A stretch of 61,300 nucleotides of DNA from an uncultured Eubacteriales bacterium (GCA_964406675.1 CAYOSP010000001.1:133440-194739), one strand, 5' to 3'. Counted from the first letter of the stretch, positions 26,123-34,253 are shown. The notes: generated by a model not told the origin, from the letters alone. Translations and numbers: made by a program.

Positions 26123-26361
26123 CGTTCTCGCCTCGTGGTGCGGGCTATCGCCACCAGGAACAGCACCGTGGTCACTCCCGCGCCGACCGCGGCCTCGGTG
26201 AGCGCCACGTCGGGTGCACCGCGGTGCTGCCACACGAGGCACATCAGGAGGCTGTACGCGGAGAAGATGATCGCCGCCGCGAGCAGGTCCTTGGTGCGCA
26301 CCACGGTGAGCGCCGCGATGATCAGCAGTGACAGCAGGACTACGTCGAACGCGCGGCTCAT
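26119..26361 (-). CDS. MrpA C-terminal / MbhD-like (DUF4040) small membrane subunit (80 aa)
   Basis: MSRAFDVVLLSLLIIAALTVVRTKDLLAAAIIFSAYSLLMCLVWQHRGAPDVALTEAAVGAG... The APDVALTEAxVG block is typical of MrpA-C/MbhD. AGGAGGG lies upstream of ATG 26361. Confidence 0.75.
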   Translation of the reverse strand: MSRAFDVVLLSLLIIAALTVVRTKDLLAAAIIFSAYSLLMCLVWQHRGAPDVALTEAAVGAGVTTVLFLVAIARTTRRER

Positions 26362-26747
26362 CGTGATCCCTCCTGTGTCGTGGGTGTCTCCGTCGTCGCG
26401 GAGGCAGTCGCGCCGGGAGCCGAGGCGGATCCCTTGCGCCAGGCCTTCAGCCCGCTCCGGTACGCGGCCCGTGCGAGCGCGTGCCCGGCGGTGGGGCTGG
26501 ATATGAACACGAACACGGCGAGAAGGATGATCTTGAGCGAGACCGCGTCCGGCCCGTGCGCCACCGCGAGCGCGAGCAGCATGGTGCCGGCGCCGAGCGT
26601 GTCGCACTTGGTCGCCGCATGCGTGCGCGAGTAGAAGTCGGGGAGTCGGAGCAACCCCAGCGTCCCCACGAGGAAGAAGAACGCTCCGATGGCCGCGAGC
26701 ACGATGGTGGCCGCCTGGACGACGGGGTTGTCCGCCCACCCGGTCAT
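26358..26747 (-). CDS. mrpG: MrpG/MnhG subunit (129 aa)
   Basis: LRLPDFYSRTHAATKCDTLGAG is the hallmark motif. There is an ATGA overlap with mrpF. Confidence 0.85.
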   Translation of the reverse strand: MTGWADNPVVQAATIVLAAIGAFFFLVGTLGLLRLPDFYSRTHAATKCDTLGAGTMLLALAVAHGPDAVSLKIILLAVFVFISSPTAGHALARAAYRSGLKAWRKGSASAPGATASATTETPTTQEGSR

Positions 26748-27040
26748 GTCCGCTCGCCCTCCCTCGGGCCCATGACGTCCTCGAGGCGCCCACTCTCGAG
26801 ATACCTCGACGCGGCGATCGTCAGCGCGAGGCTGAGGAGGGCGTACACGAACGCCACGTCCATGAACAACGAGCGATCGAAGGCGAACGACAGGAGCACC
26901 AGCACCACCAGGGTCTTGGTGGTCACGATGTTGACGGCGAGGATGCGGTCGACCACCGTGGGTCCGGCATACGCGCGGTACAGGCACAGCAGCGCGTTGA
27001 GCAAGAGGAAGATGGCGGCGCCCCAGAAGAACCAGCTCAT
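26744..27040 (-). CDS. mrpF: MrpF/MnhF subunit (98 aa)
   Basis: MSWFFWGAAIFLLLNALLCLYRAYAGPTVVDRILAVNIVTTKTLVVLVLL... Confidence 0.85.
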   Translation of the reverse strand: MSWFFWGAAIFLLLNALLCLYRAYAGPTVVDRILAVNIVTTKTLVVLVLLSFAFDRSLFMDVAFVYALLSLALTIAASRYLESGRLEDVMGPREGERT

Positions 27041-27549
27041 CCGGAGCCTCCTCGAGTCGCGTCCGCGCCGTGCTCGCCCGACTCGAACACCCGGGCGATG
27101 CGCCTCTCGAGCAGGTGCTCCTCGATCCCCCCTCGGAATTCGGGGCCCAGGCAGTGCACGAGCAGCGCATCCTCACCGAGGTCGACGGTGAGTGTCCCCG
27201 GCGTGAGGGTGATGGAGTTCGCGAGCGTGACCTTCGAGATATCCCGATGCAGGGTGGTGTGCGCCGTGACGACCTCCGGATCCACCGGCAGACGGGGATC
27301 GAGCACGATCTCGGCGACGTAGAGCGCGGCCTTGACCACCTCGGCGAGCAGCCAGGGCACGTACGCCACGAAACGGAGCGCCTCGCCCAAGCCGATATGC
27401 GGCAGGTCCTCACGCCAGAGCGCTCGGGACGCCCACACGGCGACCAGGACGGACAGCACGGCCCCCAGCGCCAGGTCCATCGGGTCCAGCGTGCCCGCGA
27501 GGAGCACCCAGAAGGTGAACAGCCCTATGGTCAACCACCAGGTACGCAC
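27037..27549 (-). CDS. mrpE: MrpE/MnhE subunit (170 aa)
   Basis: ...ANSITLTPGTLTVDL is the hallmark motif. GTG 27549 lies 1 nt after the stop of the GGDEF-like gene. Confidence 0.8.
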   Translation of the reverse strand: MRTWWLTIGLFTFWVLLAGTLDPMDLALGAVLSVLVAVWASRALWREDLPHIGLGEALRFVAYVPWLLAEVVKAALYVAEIVLDPRLPVDPEVVTAHTTLHRDISKVTLANSITLTPGTLTVDLGEDALLVHCLGPEFRGGIEEHLLERRIARVFESGEHGADATRGGSG

Positions 27550-27550
27550 G

Positions 27551-28468
27551 TCACGCGTCCCCCTTCTGGGGGGCTCCCCGCGGTACGTGCCGCGTGTCCG
27601 CGGCGGGTCGCGCGTCGGCCCTGGTGGCGGCGATCGAGCCGCGCCGCACCCGATCGCCGCCGTCTCGGGCCGCGCCACGTGCCGCCTCCAGCGCCGCGAG
27701 TACGAGTTGCTGCTCGTCCTCCCCCTCCTCCGGATACGAGGCGACACCCACGCTCGTCGTCAGCCGCACCACCGGCTCGAGCTCGTCTCCCTCGAACTCG
27801 GCGTCGCGCACCACACCCACCACGCGTTCCGCGGCGGTCGCGGCGCCCTCCATGTCGGTGAACGGGAGGATCAACGCGAATCCGTCGCCGTGGCGCGCGA
27901 GGACGTCGGTGTCGCGCACGGAGATCCGGATGACGTCGGCCAACCGAGCGGCGAGCATACCGGCGCGCTGGTGCCCGAAGCGCTCGTGATACGCGCTCAT
28001 GCCGTCGGCGCGCAGGATCATCACGGAGAGCGAAGTCTCGTATCGGTCGGCCCGGTGGGTCTCCTCGGTCAGGCGATCGAAGAGGCAGTCCTCCGTGTAT
28101 ACGCCCGTGACCGGATCGCGCACCGCGCACGCGCGCAACTCCCTCATGCGCGCGTCCCGTTTCGCGGCGTACGCGCCGACCGCGAGGCCGACGACCACGA
28201 AGACGGACAGGCCGAGCAGCACGGGGCCGGAGGGGGCCGAGCCCTGCAACTCGATGGAGAGCACCGAAGCGGCCGCGACGGCGAGCGCGGACGTGACGAG
28301 CGCCCCGGCGCCTCGGTGCGTGATGGCGGAGATGACGATCGGGATACCGAACAGCGGCCAGTACAGTTCGAGGTCCCCGGTGATGACGACCAACACCGCG
28401 ACGAACGCGAGGGTCGCCGCGACCGCCAGCCAACCCCGCAGGCCGATCCCTTCATGCACGGTTCGCAC
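27551..28468 (-). CDS. membrane protein with a degenerate GGDEF domain (GDGF in place of GG[D/E]EF; RxxD I-site-like motif retained), 305 aa
   Basis: About 4 TM helices span residues 12-100. The GGDEF fold follows: RDPVTGVYTEDCLFDRL ... SVMILRADGMSAYHERFGHQRAG ... RDTDVLARHGDGFALILP ... TTSVGVASYP. GTG start at 28468. Confidence 0.8.
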   Translation of the reverse strand: MRTVHEGIGLRGWLAVAATLAFVAVLVVITGDLELYWPLFGIPIVISAITHRGAGALVTSALAVAAASVLSIELQGSAPSGPVLLGLSVFVVVGLAVGAYAAKRDARMRELRACAVRDPVTGVYTEDCLFDRLTEETHRADRYETSLSVMILRADGMSAYHERFGHQRAGMLAARLADVIRISVRDTDVLARHGDGFALILPFTDMEGAATAAERVVGVVRDAEFEGDELEPVVRLTTSVGVASYPEEGEDEQQLVLAALEAARGAARDGGDRVRRGSIAATRADARPAADTRHVPRGAPQKGDA

Positions 28469-28816
28469 CCCCCCAAGGACATCCCGGGGTGTCGCTCACC
28501 GCTCGCAGTCGATAGCGCCGCGTGGGACGTGGGTGCCGGCGTAGTCGAGTAGGCTTCGCAACCGGGTTCGTCGGCGCTGCCCGCGCGTCCGGCGCGGCCC
28601 GTCTGGCTGGACGGGCGGTTCGACATCCCTTGGATGCCGGACGACGTCGCGGATCCTTGCCGCTGACACACGGCTCATGAATCCTCACGTCCTCGATATT
28701 CGGTCACCCGAAGGGCCCCTCCTGCATAATTCTACGCCAGATTGCTACACGCTCGTTCATCTCGCGTGTCCTTCGATGTGCCGGGCGGGGGCCTGCCCCG
28801 GGCTGCGGCGCCGTCC

Positions 28817-29524
28817 TCAGTCGAAGTAGGGCTCGTCCAGGTCCCCGGTGTTCGAGTAGCCCCTGCGTTCCCAGAATCCCTCGTACTCGTCGTCGTCCGA
28901 GAGCTCGATACGCTCGACCCAGCGCACCCACTTGTAGCCCCACTTGTCCTCGGCCATGAGCTGGAAGGGGAAGCCGCGGTCGACCGGCAGGGTGACGCCG
29001 TTCATCTCGTAGGCGAGCAGGATATCGTTGTCGACGTGGTACTCGAGCGGGAGCGAGGAGGTGTAACCGTCGGCGGCGTGCAGGATGACGGTGTCGGCCT
29101 CGTCGGCGGGCTCCGCGAGCGCGATGAGGTCGCGCATGAGCACGCCCTCGACGAGCACCGTCGCGTCCCATCCCTCGACGCAGTAGAGGGTGAGCGCCTT
29201 CTCGTAGGCCGGGAGTCCGGCGACGACCTCGTCGTACGTGAGCGTGGTCGGCGTCGTGACCAGACCGTCGATCCGGAGACGATACTCGTCGACGTCGACC
29301 TGTGGCGGACCGTTGATCGAGTTCTCACGGAAGTCCGTGACGGAGTCGAGCGGCATGCCCTCGTACTCGCGGATCTCCACGTCCTGTAGCCGGGTCGCGT
29401 CGTCCCCGTCCGGAGCCGGCGTGCCCGCGCAGCCGATGAGCGGCGCGAAGAGGAGCGAGAAGAGGAGTGTCGCGAAGAGCGCGGAGGCGGGGAAGGCTGT
29501 GGGGCGGTCGATGATACGGCTCAT
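28817..29524 (-). CDS. sulfite-oxidase-family molybdopterin-binding oxidoreductase domain protein with lipoprotein-type signal (235 aa)
   Basis: LTLYCVEGWDATVLVEGV and FPFQLMAEDKWGYKWVRWVERIEL. The N-terminus MSRIIDRPTAFPASALFATLLFSLLFAPLIGCAG carries a lipobox (LIGC). There is an ATGA overlap with the upstream gene. Confidence 0.8.
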   Translation of the reverse strand: MSRIIDRPTAFPASALFATLLFSLLFAPLIGCAGTPAPDGDDATRLQDVEIREYEGMPLDSVTDFRENSINGPPQVDVDEYRLRIDGLVTTPTTLTYDEVVAGLPAYEKALTLYCVEGWDATVLVEGVLMRDLIALAEPADEADTVILHAADGYTSSLPLEYHVDNDILLAYEMNGVTLPVDRGFPFQLMAEDKWGYKWVRWVERIELSDDDEYEGFWERRGYSNTGDLDEPYFD

Positions 29525-29853
29525 GAGACGGAGAACCCGCTCTCGCCGCGAGGCTCCTCGTAGTCGACCTCGACCCCGTCCACCGTCGCGCGCTCGGGGC
29601 CTTCGTGCATCCACTCGACCATGCGTCGCACCGCGGCGGGTCCGCCCTCGAAGACGGCCTCCACGCGGCCGTCGGGGCGGTTCGCGACCCAGCCCGACAC
29701 GCCCAGTTCGGACGCCCTCTGACGGGTGCTCGCCCGGAAGAAGACCCCCTGCACGCGTCCGGACACGAGCACGTGTGCGCGGGTCCGTCCGGTCCGGCCG
29801 GTCTCGGAGCCGGGGGAGTGCCCCTCGGCGTTCCCGGTGTGGTGATCCGTCAT
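29521..29853 (-). CDS. acyP: acylphosphatase (110 aa)
   Basis: VSGRVQGVFFRASTRQRASELGVSGWVANRPDGRVEAVFEG is the signature. ATG 29853 was chosen. Confidence 0.85.
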   Translation of the reverse strand: MTDHHTGNAEGHSPGSETGRTGRTRAHVLVSGRVQGVFFRASTRQRASELGVSGWVANRPDGRVEAVFEGGPAAVRRMVEWMHEGPERATVDGVEVDYEEPRGESGFSVS

Positions 29854-30101
29854 GTGCGGGTCCTCCTCGAGGTCCGTCGGATCGGGAGACGGGGCTCTTC
29901 CGATGATACCCTCACGCGGGCATCGGGCACGGGAGGCCGGCATATCGGAAGTGGTCGAGGTCGCGCTCCTGACGAGCCCCTGACGAGCCCTCGACGACAT
30001 CCTGGGATGTTTCCTGCCGGACGGCCGGAGGAATAATGCCTATCGAGCCGAAGGCGGAAGCACGGCGCGCTTGACGAGTCAGCGATCCGAAGGGATGACC
30101 G

Positions 30102-30512
30102 ATGGAACTCTTCGCGAGGGTCTGCAACTACGACAGGATGAATATCGAGCGCCTGATCGCCAGGGCGTTCGTCCTGCTCGGTGGACTGTTCTGGTTCGTG
30201 GCCGCGCTGGGTGCGGCGACCCGCTACCTGGAGGACGGCGAGGCCGTTCTCAACCAGGCGTGGATACTGCTGGGCGTGACCGTGCTGGTGTTCGTCCTCA
30301 GCCTCTTCTTCGAGGTGCTGGTCGCCGTCATCCTGTTCGTGGCAGCCGTGGTCTTCATCGCCATGGCGTTCGTCGTGCCCGGCATCGCTCGCGAGACCGG
30401 TACCATAGCACTGTGGCTGCTGTTCACCGCGGCGCCGGCCTTGGTCGCCGCGGTGCTCTTCCTGCTCGCGGCGCGCATGCAGAACGTATGCGAATTGGAC
30501 GTCGCCGCCTGA
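30102..30512 (+). CDS. hypothetical 4-TM membrane protein
   Basis: There are four long hydrophobic segments and no family is recognised. An alternative start is ATG 30138 (MNIERL). Confidence 0.45.
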   Translation: MELFARVCNYDRMNIERLIARAFVLLGGLFWFVAALGAATRYLEDGEAVLNQAWILLGVTVLVFVLSLFFEVLVAVILFVAAVVFIAMAFVVPGIARETGTIALWLLFTAAPALVAAVLFLLAARMQNVCELDVAA

Positions 30513-30699
30513 GGTCGCGCGCGGCCGCTCGACGTGAAGAACCCCGGATCCATCCCGTGCGGGTCGGGCTACTTGGAGTACACTGGGACCGAAGAGACAG
30601 GGAGTGGCGCCACCTCTCGGCCCCCTCACGGAGCGGCGCCGCAGACCCCGTTGGCAAGATACGCACCCGGGCCGCGATGCGCGAGACGGGGGAAGGTCC

Positions 30700-31050
30700 T
30701 TGTACGAACTGGAGGGAGTCCTCGGACCGTCGGTGATGACGTTCGTGGATCAGCATGTCAGATCGCTTCTGACGTGGGATATCCTCGTGTTCTTCCACCG
30801 CAACCAGGATGCCGTGCTCGACATGGAGGGGCTGGCGCGTCGTCTGGGCAGACGGGTCGAGGAGCTCCGACCGGAGGTCGAGAGTCTTTGCCGAGATTCC
30901 ATCCTCGACGACAGCGGCGGGCTGGTCCGATACAAGCCGTCCGCCGAGATGCGCGAGACCATCGGCGAGTTCACCGAGGCGTGCCATGAGCGTCGCCGTC
31001 GCCTCGCGCTCATCGCGCTGGTCCTGCACAGGATCAACCCGCGCGGCTAG
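30700..31050 (+). CDS. hypothetical small cytoplasmic protein (possibly winged-helix-like)
   Basis: TTG 30700 is preceded by GGGGGAAGG, and ATG 30736 is an alternative. ...LTWDILVFFHRNQDAVLDMEGLARRLGRRVEELRPEVESL... The composition looks coding, but no firm family is recognised. Confidence 0.4.
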   Translation: MYELEGVLGPSVMTFVDQHVRSLLTWDILVFFHRNQDAVLDMEGLARRLGRRVEELRPEVESLCRDSILDDSGGLVRYKPSAEMRETIGEFTEACHERRRRLALIALVLHRINPRG

Positions 31051-31104
31051 CGCGACGGACGCGGACACGGCCGGCCCGTACGGGCGGAGGCTTCTCGAGC
31101 ACTG

Positions 31105-32529
31105 ATGAACGGCTACATCGGCGAGATCGCCCTCATCCTCGCGCTCATCGTCCTCAACGGATTCTTCGCCGCCGCTGAGATGGCGCTGGTGAGCGCGAGG
31201 CGCGTGGCGCTCCGGTCGGCGGCCGACGAGGGGTCGGCGAACGCGCGGGCCGCGCTCGATCTGGTGGACGAGCCGTCACGCTTCCTCGCCGCCATCCAGG
31301 TGGGGATCACGCTGGCCGGCTTCATGGCCTCGGCGACCGCCGCGGTCAGTCTCGCGGGGATACCGGGCGACTGGCTGCGGGGCCTCGGGATCGATTGGCT
31401 CGCCGGCATCGCCTCCGGGGTCTCCGTGTTCATGGTCACCCTGGTGATCTCCTACCTCACGCTCGTCTTCGGCGAGCTCGCCCCCAAGCGACTCGCTCTG
31501 CATCGCTCGGAAGTGGTGGCGATGAGAGTGGCCCGCCCGATCGCCCTGATGGCGACGATCACGCACCCGATCACCTGGGCGCTCGCGCGCTCCACGGAGA
31601 CGGTCGCGCGTCTGTTGGGGGTGCGCGAGGAGACCCGGAAGGCTACCGTCACCGAGGACGAGATCCGCCTGCTCGTCGCGGAGCAGACGAGCCTGCTCGA
31701 GGAGGAGAAGCGCATCATCCAGGAGGTGTTCGACCTGGGGGACACCGTCGCGCGCGAGATCATGATCCCCCGAGTCGACATGGTGATGCTCGAGGACACG
31801 GCGAAGGTGGGAGAGGCGCTCGAGGAGTTCGAGCGCAGCGGATACTCCCGGATCCCGGTCTTCCACGAGGAGCCCGACAGGGTGGTGGGCATCCTCCTGC
31901 TCAAGGACCTGTTGGGACCACTCGCCCAGGAGCGCACGGACGAGACGGTCGCCGGCTACATGCGTGAGATCACCTTCGTGCCCGAGACGAAAGCCGTCCT
32001 CCCCCTGCTCACCGAGATGCAGCGCGCGAGGAACCACCTGGTGATCGTGCTCGACGAGTACGGCGGGACCGCCGGCCTGCTCACCATCGAGGACATCATC
32101 GAGGAGGTCGTCGGTGAGATCACCGACGAGTTCGACATCGAGGAACGCTACATCACACGGCTCGACGAAGGTGACCACATAATCGACGGTCGCCTCTCGA
32201 TCGAGGACGCCAACGAGGCGCTCGGTCTCGGTCTGGAGGAGTCCGAGGAGTATGAGACGCTCGCCGGCTGGGTGCTCGCGCGGTTGGGGCACATACCCAC
32301 CGCCGGAGAGACCGTCCGGCACGGTGACGTGGAGATACGCGTGCAGGCGGTGCGCCGTCGCCGCATCGCTCGGCTGCGGGTGATCGCTCACGCGGACGAG
32401 CACCGGGCCGCGGGACGCGACGGTGACGGCACCGAGCCCCGCGACGCCGGGGCCCGCGGCCCGGAGGCCCGCGACGCCGGGGCTCACGACCCGGAGGCCC
32501 GCGACACCGAGGAGGGAGCCGGTGCCTGA
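31105..32529 (+). CDS. hemolysin-family / CNNM (DUF21-CBS-CorC_HlyC) protein (474 aa)
   Basis: DUF21 start NGFFAAAEMALVS, a CBS pair, and a CorC/HlyC domain (GHIPTAGETVRHGDVEIRVQAV). The tail is an Ala/Arg/Asp-rich repeat. Confidence 0.85.
   Translation: MNGYIGEIALILALIVLNGFFAAAEMALVSARRVALRSAADEGSANARAALDLVDEPSRFLAAIQVGITLAGFMASATAAVSLAGIPGDWLRGLGIDWLAGIASGVSVFMVTLVISYLTLVFGELAPKRLALHRSEVVAMRVARPIALMATITHPITWALARSTETVARLLGVREETRKATVTEDEIRLLVAEQTSLLEEEKRIIQEVFDLGDTVAREIMIPRVDMVMLEDTAKVGEALEEFERSGYSRIPVFHEEPDRVVGILLLKDLLGPLAQERTDETVAGYMREITFVPETKAVLPLLTEMQRARNHLVIVLDEYGGTAGLLTIEDIIEEVVGEITDEFDIEERYITRLDEGDHIIDGRLSIEDANEALGLGLEESEEYETLAGWVLARLGHIPTAGETVRHGDVEIRVQAVRRRRIARLRVIAHADEHRAAGRDGDGTEPRDAGARGPEARDAGAHDPEARDTEEGAGA
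32434..32515 (+). repeat. 30-bp coding tandem repeat (~2.7 copies; EPRDAGARGP / EARDAGAHDP / EARDTEEG)
   Basis: Read directly: GAG(C/G)CCCGCGACGCCGGGGC(C/T)C(G/A)CG(G/A)CCCG units at the 3' end of the CNNM gene. Confidence 0.8.
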
Positions 32530-33460
32530 CACGCCGGCCGCGGCACCCGCGCGCACCCGCTCGGGCGACGTCATCGACGGTCACGTCCACATGTTCTCGC
32601 TGCCGTTGTTCGAGGAGTACGTCGCCAAGAACCCCGACGCGCCGGCGCGCTGGCGCAAAGCGGTGAAGGAGAAACGTTTCGGCAGGCGGGGCGACAGCAT
32701 ACTCCCGGAGCTCGGGCCCGAGGAGATGGCGGGGTGGTACGCGTCGCGACTGGACGAGGCCGGGATCGCGGCGGCCGTCATCATGTCGGTGCTCCCGGAC
32801 TCGGACTACATGCGCGACCTCGTCGCCGCCGGCGCCGGCCGGGTGTTCGCCCTCGCGAACCTCGACCCTCGCGAGCCGGACGCGCCGGAACTGCTCGAGC
32901 GCGAGATGCGAGCCGGCTTCCGGGGGGTCAAGCTGCTGCCGGTCAACCGCGCCTTCAGCCTGTCGGACCCGGCGTGCCGGCCGTTCTTCGACAAGGCGGC
33001 CGAACTGGGAGCCTCCATCGTGGTGCACTACGGCGTGAGCGTGGATACGCACGCGGACCTGCGCTACGCCGATCCGGTGGACCTGTCTCCCGTGGCGCGT
33101 GACTACCCCGACCTGCCGTTCGTGATCGCGCATTTCGGCGCCGGGTACCTGGGGAGCGTGCTCAGGCTCGGTTACCAGTGCGGGAACGTGTGCGTCGATT
33201 CCTCGGGCACGAACAACTGGATGGACTTCATGCCTTCGCCCACGTCACTGGCCGAGGTGTTCGAGCGGGTCGTCGAAGCGCTCGGCCCGGAGCGGGTCAT
33301 CTTCGGCACCGATTCGGGGACCACCGCCCCGTATCGGCGGTGGATCGCATATCAGCAGAGGCGGACGCTCGAGGAGCTCGGGTTCTCGGACGAGGTCCGC
33401 GACCTGATCCTGAGACGCAACGCGATACGGGTGTTCGGGCTGGAGGAGAGCGACGAGTGA
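32522..33460 (+). CDS. metal-dependent amidohydrolase (TIM-barrel, amidohydrolase-2 type) (312 aa)
   Basis: DVIDGHVHMF..., VVHYGV..., IAHFGAG..., IFGTDS. GTG 32522 overlaps the upstream stop. Confidence 0.75.
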   Translation: MPDTPAAAPARTRSGDVIDGHVHMFSLPLFEEYVAKNPDAPARWRKAVKEKRFGRRGDSILPELGPEEMAGWYASRLDEAGIAAAVIMSVLPDSDYMRDLVAAGAGRVFALANLDPREPDAPELLEREMRAGFRGVKLLPVNRAFSLSDPACRPFFDKAAELGASIVVHYGVSVDTHADLRYADPVDLSPVARDYPDLPFVIAHFGAGYLGSVLRLGYQCGNVCVDSSGTNNWMDFMPSPTSLAEVFERVVEALGPERVIFGTDSGTTAPYRRWIAYQQRRTLEELGFSDEVRDLILRRNAIRVFGLEESDE

Positions 33461-33473
33461 GCGGGAGCGACGG

Positions 33474-34253
33474 ATGAGCGAACGCGAGAGCTTCGCCGGA
33501 GCGCACGAGTACGACCAGGTCGTCGATTGGAGCGCGCGACTCCCGAGAGAGGCGTCGTTCTTCCGCGCGCTGTTCGAGGAGGCCGAGGTGTCCAGTGTGC
33601 TCGACGTGGGCTGCGGGACCGGGCGTCACGCGGCGGAGTTCGCCTCGTGGGGTCTCGACGTCACGGCGGTCGATCCCGACGAGGGGATGCTGGAGGCGGC
33701 CCGGCGACACGCGCGGGAGCGGAGCGTCGACGTGGCCTTCGCGGCGGCGGGCTACGGCGTCCTATCCGAGACGGTCGGCGGGAAGGCGCCCTTCGACGCG
33801 GTGGTGAGCCTCGGCAACGCCCTGCAGCACGTGGAGGGCCCCGAGGGAGCTCGGGAGGCGATCGAGGACATCGCCGAGGTCACGGAGCGCGGCTCCGTGG
33901 TGGCGCTGCACTTCCTCAACCACGACCGCCTGCTCGCCGAGAGGCCCCGGCTGCTCTCGAGCGCGCTGCGCGAGACCGACGAGGGCGAGCGCATCTTCCT
34001 GAAGGTGCTCGACTTCGACGTGGCGGGCGAGGACGAGCTGCGGTTCGAGCTCCTGACGCTCGCTCGCGAGGATGTCGGCGGCTGGTCGGTCGCCTCGTGG
34101 CGGGCGAGCGACCACCGGGTGCTGCCGGTCGGTGCGGTGCTGGACGCCTTCGCGGCGGCGGGGTTCCGTGACGTGGAGGCGTACGGCGATCACGACCGGA
34201 CGCCGCTGGACCTCATGCGCCATCGGTCGGCTGTCGTCGTGGCGCGGCGCTGA
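33474..34253 (+). CDS. class I SAM-dependent methyltransferase (259 aa)
   Basis: Motif I is VLDVGCGTGRHAAEF, followed by DVTAVDPDEGML. Confidence 0.85.
   Translation: MSERESFAGAHEYDQVVDWSARLPREASFFRALFEEAEVSSVLDVGCGTGRHAAEFASWGLDVTAVDPDEGMLEAARRHARERSVDVAFAAAGYGVLSETVGGKAPFDAVVSLGNALQHVEGPEGAREAIEDIAEVTERGSVVALHFLNHDRLLAERPRLLSSALRETDEGERIFLKVLDFDVAGEDELRFELLTLAREDVGGWSVASWRASDHRVLPVGAVLDAFAAAGFRDVEAYGDHDRTPLDLMRHRSAVVVARR

Noticed and set aside
28496-28678. 60-aa Arg-rich ORF (MSRVSAARIRDVVRHPRDVEPP...) upstream of the GGDEF gene
   Set aside because: Its composition is typical of non-coding high-GC sequence, its RBS spacing is poor and it has no hydrophobic core or motif. It is kept only as a remote possibility of a leader peptide.
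17054-30000. Hydrogenase or complex-I-type redox module attached to the Mrp-like genes (SlyD as a Ni chaperone hint)
   Set aside because: No NuoB/C/D/H/I-, NiFe large/small subunit- or ferredoxin-like ORF is present on either side. The SlyD-like protein has an acidic tail rather than a His-rich metal-binding tail. The small Moco protein is separated from the operon by a 350-bp gap with hairpins.
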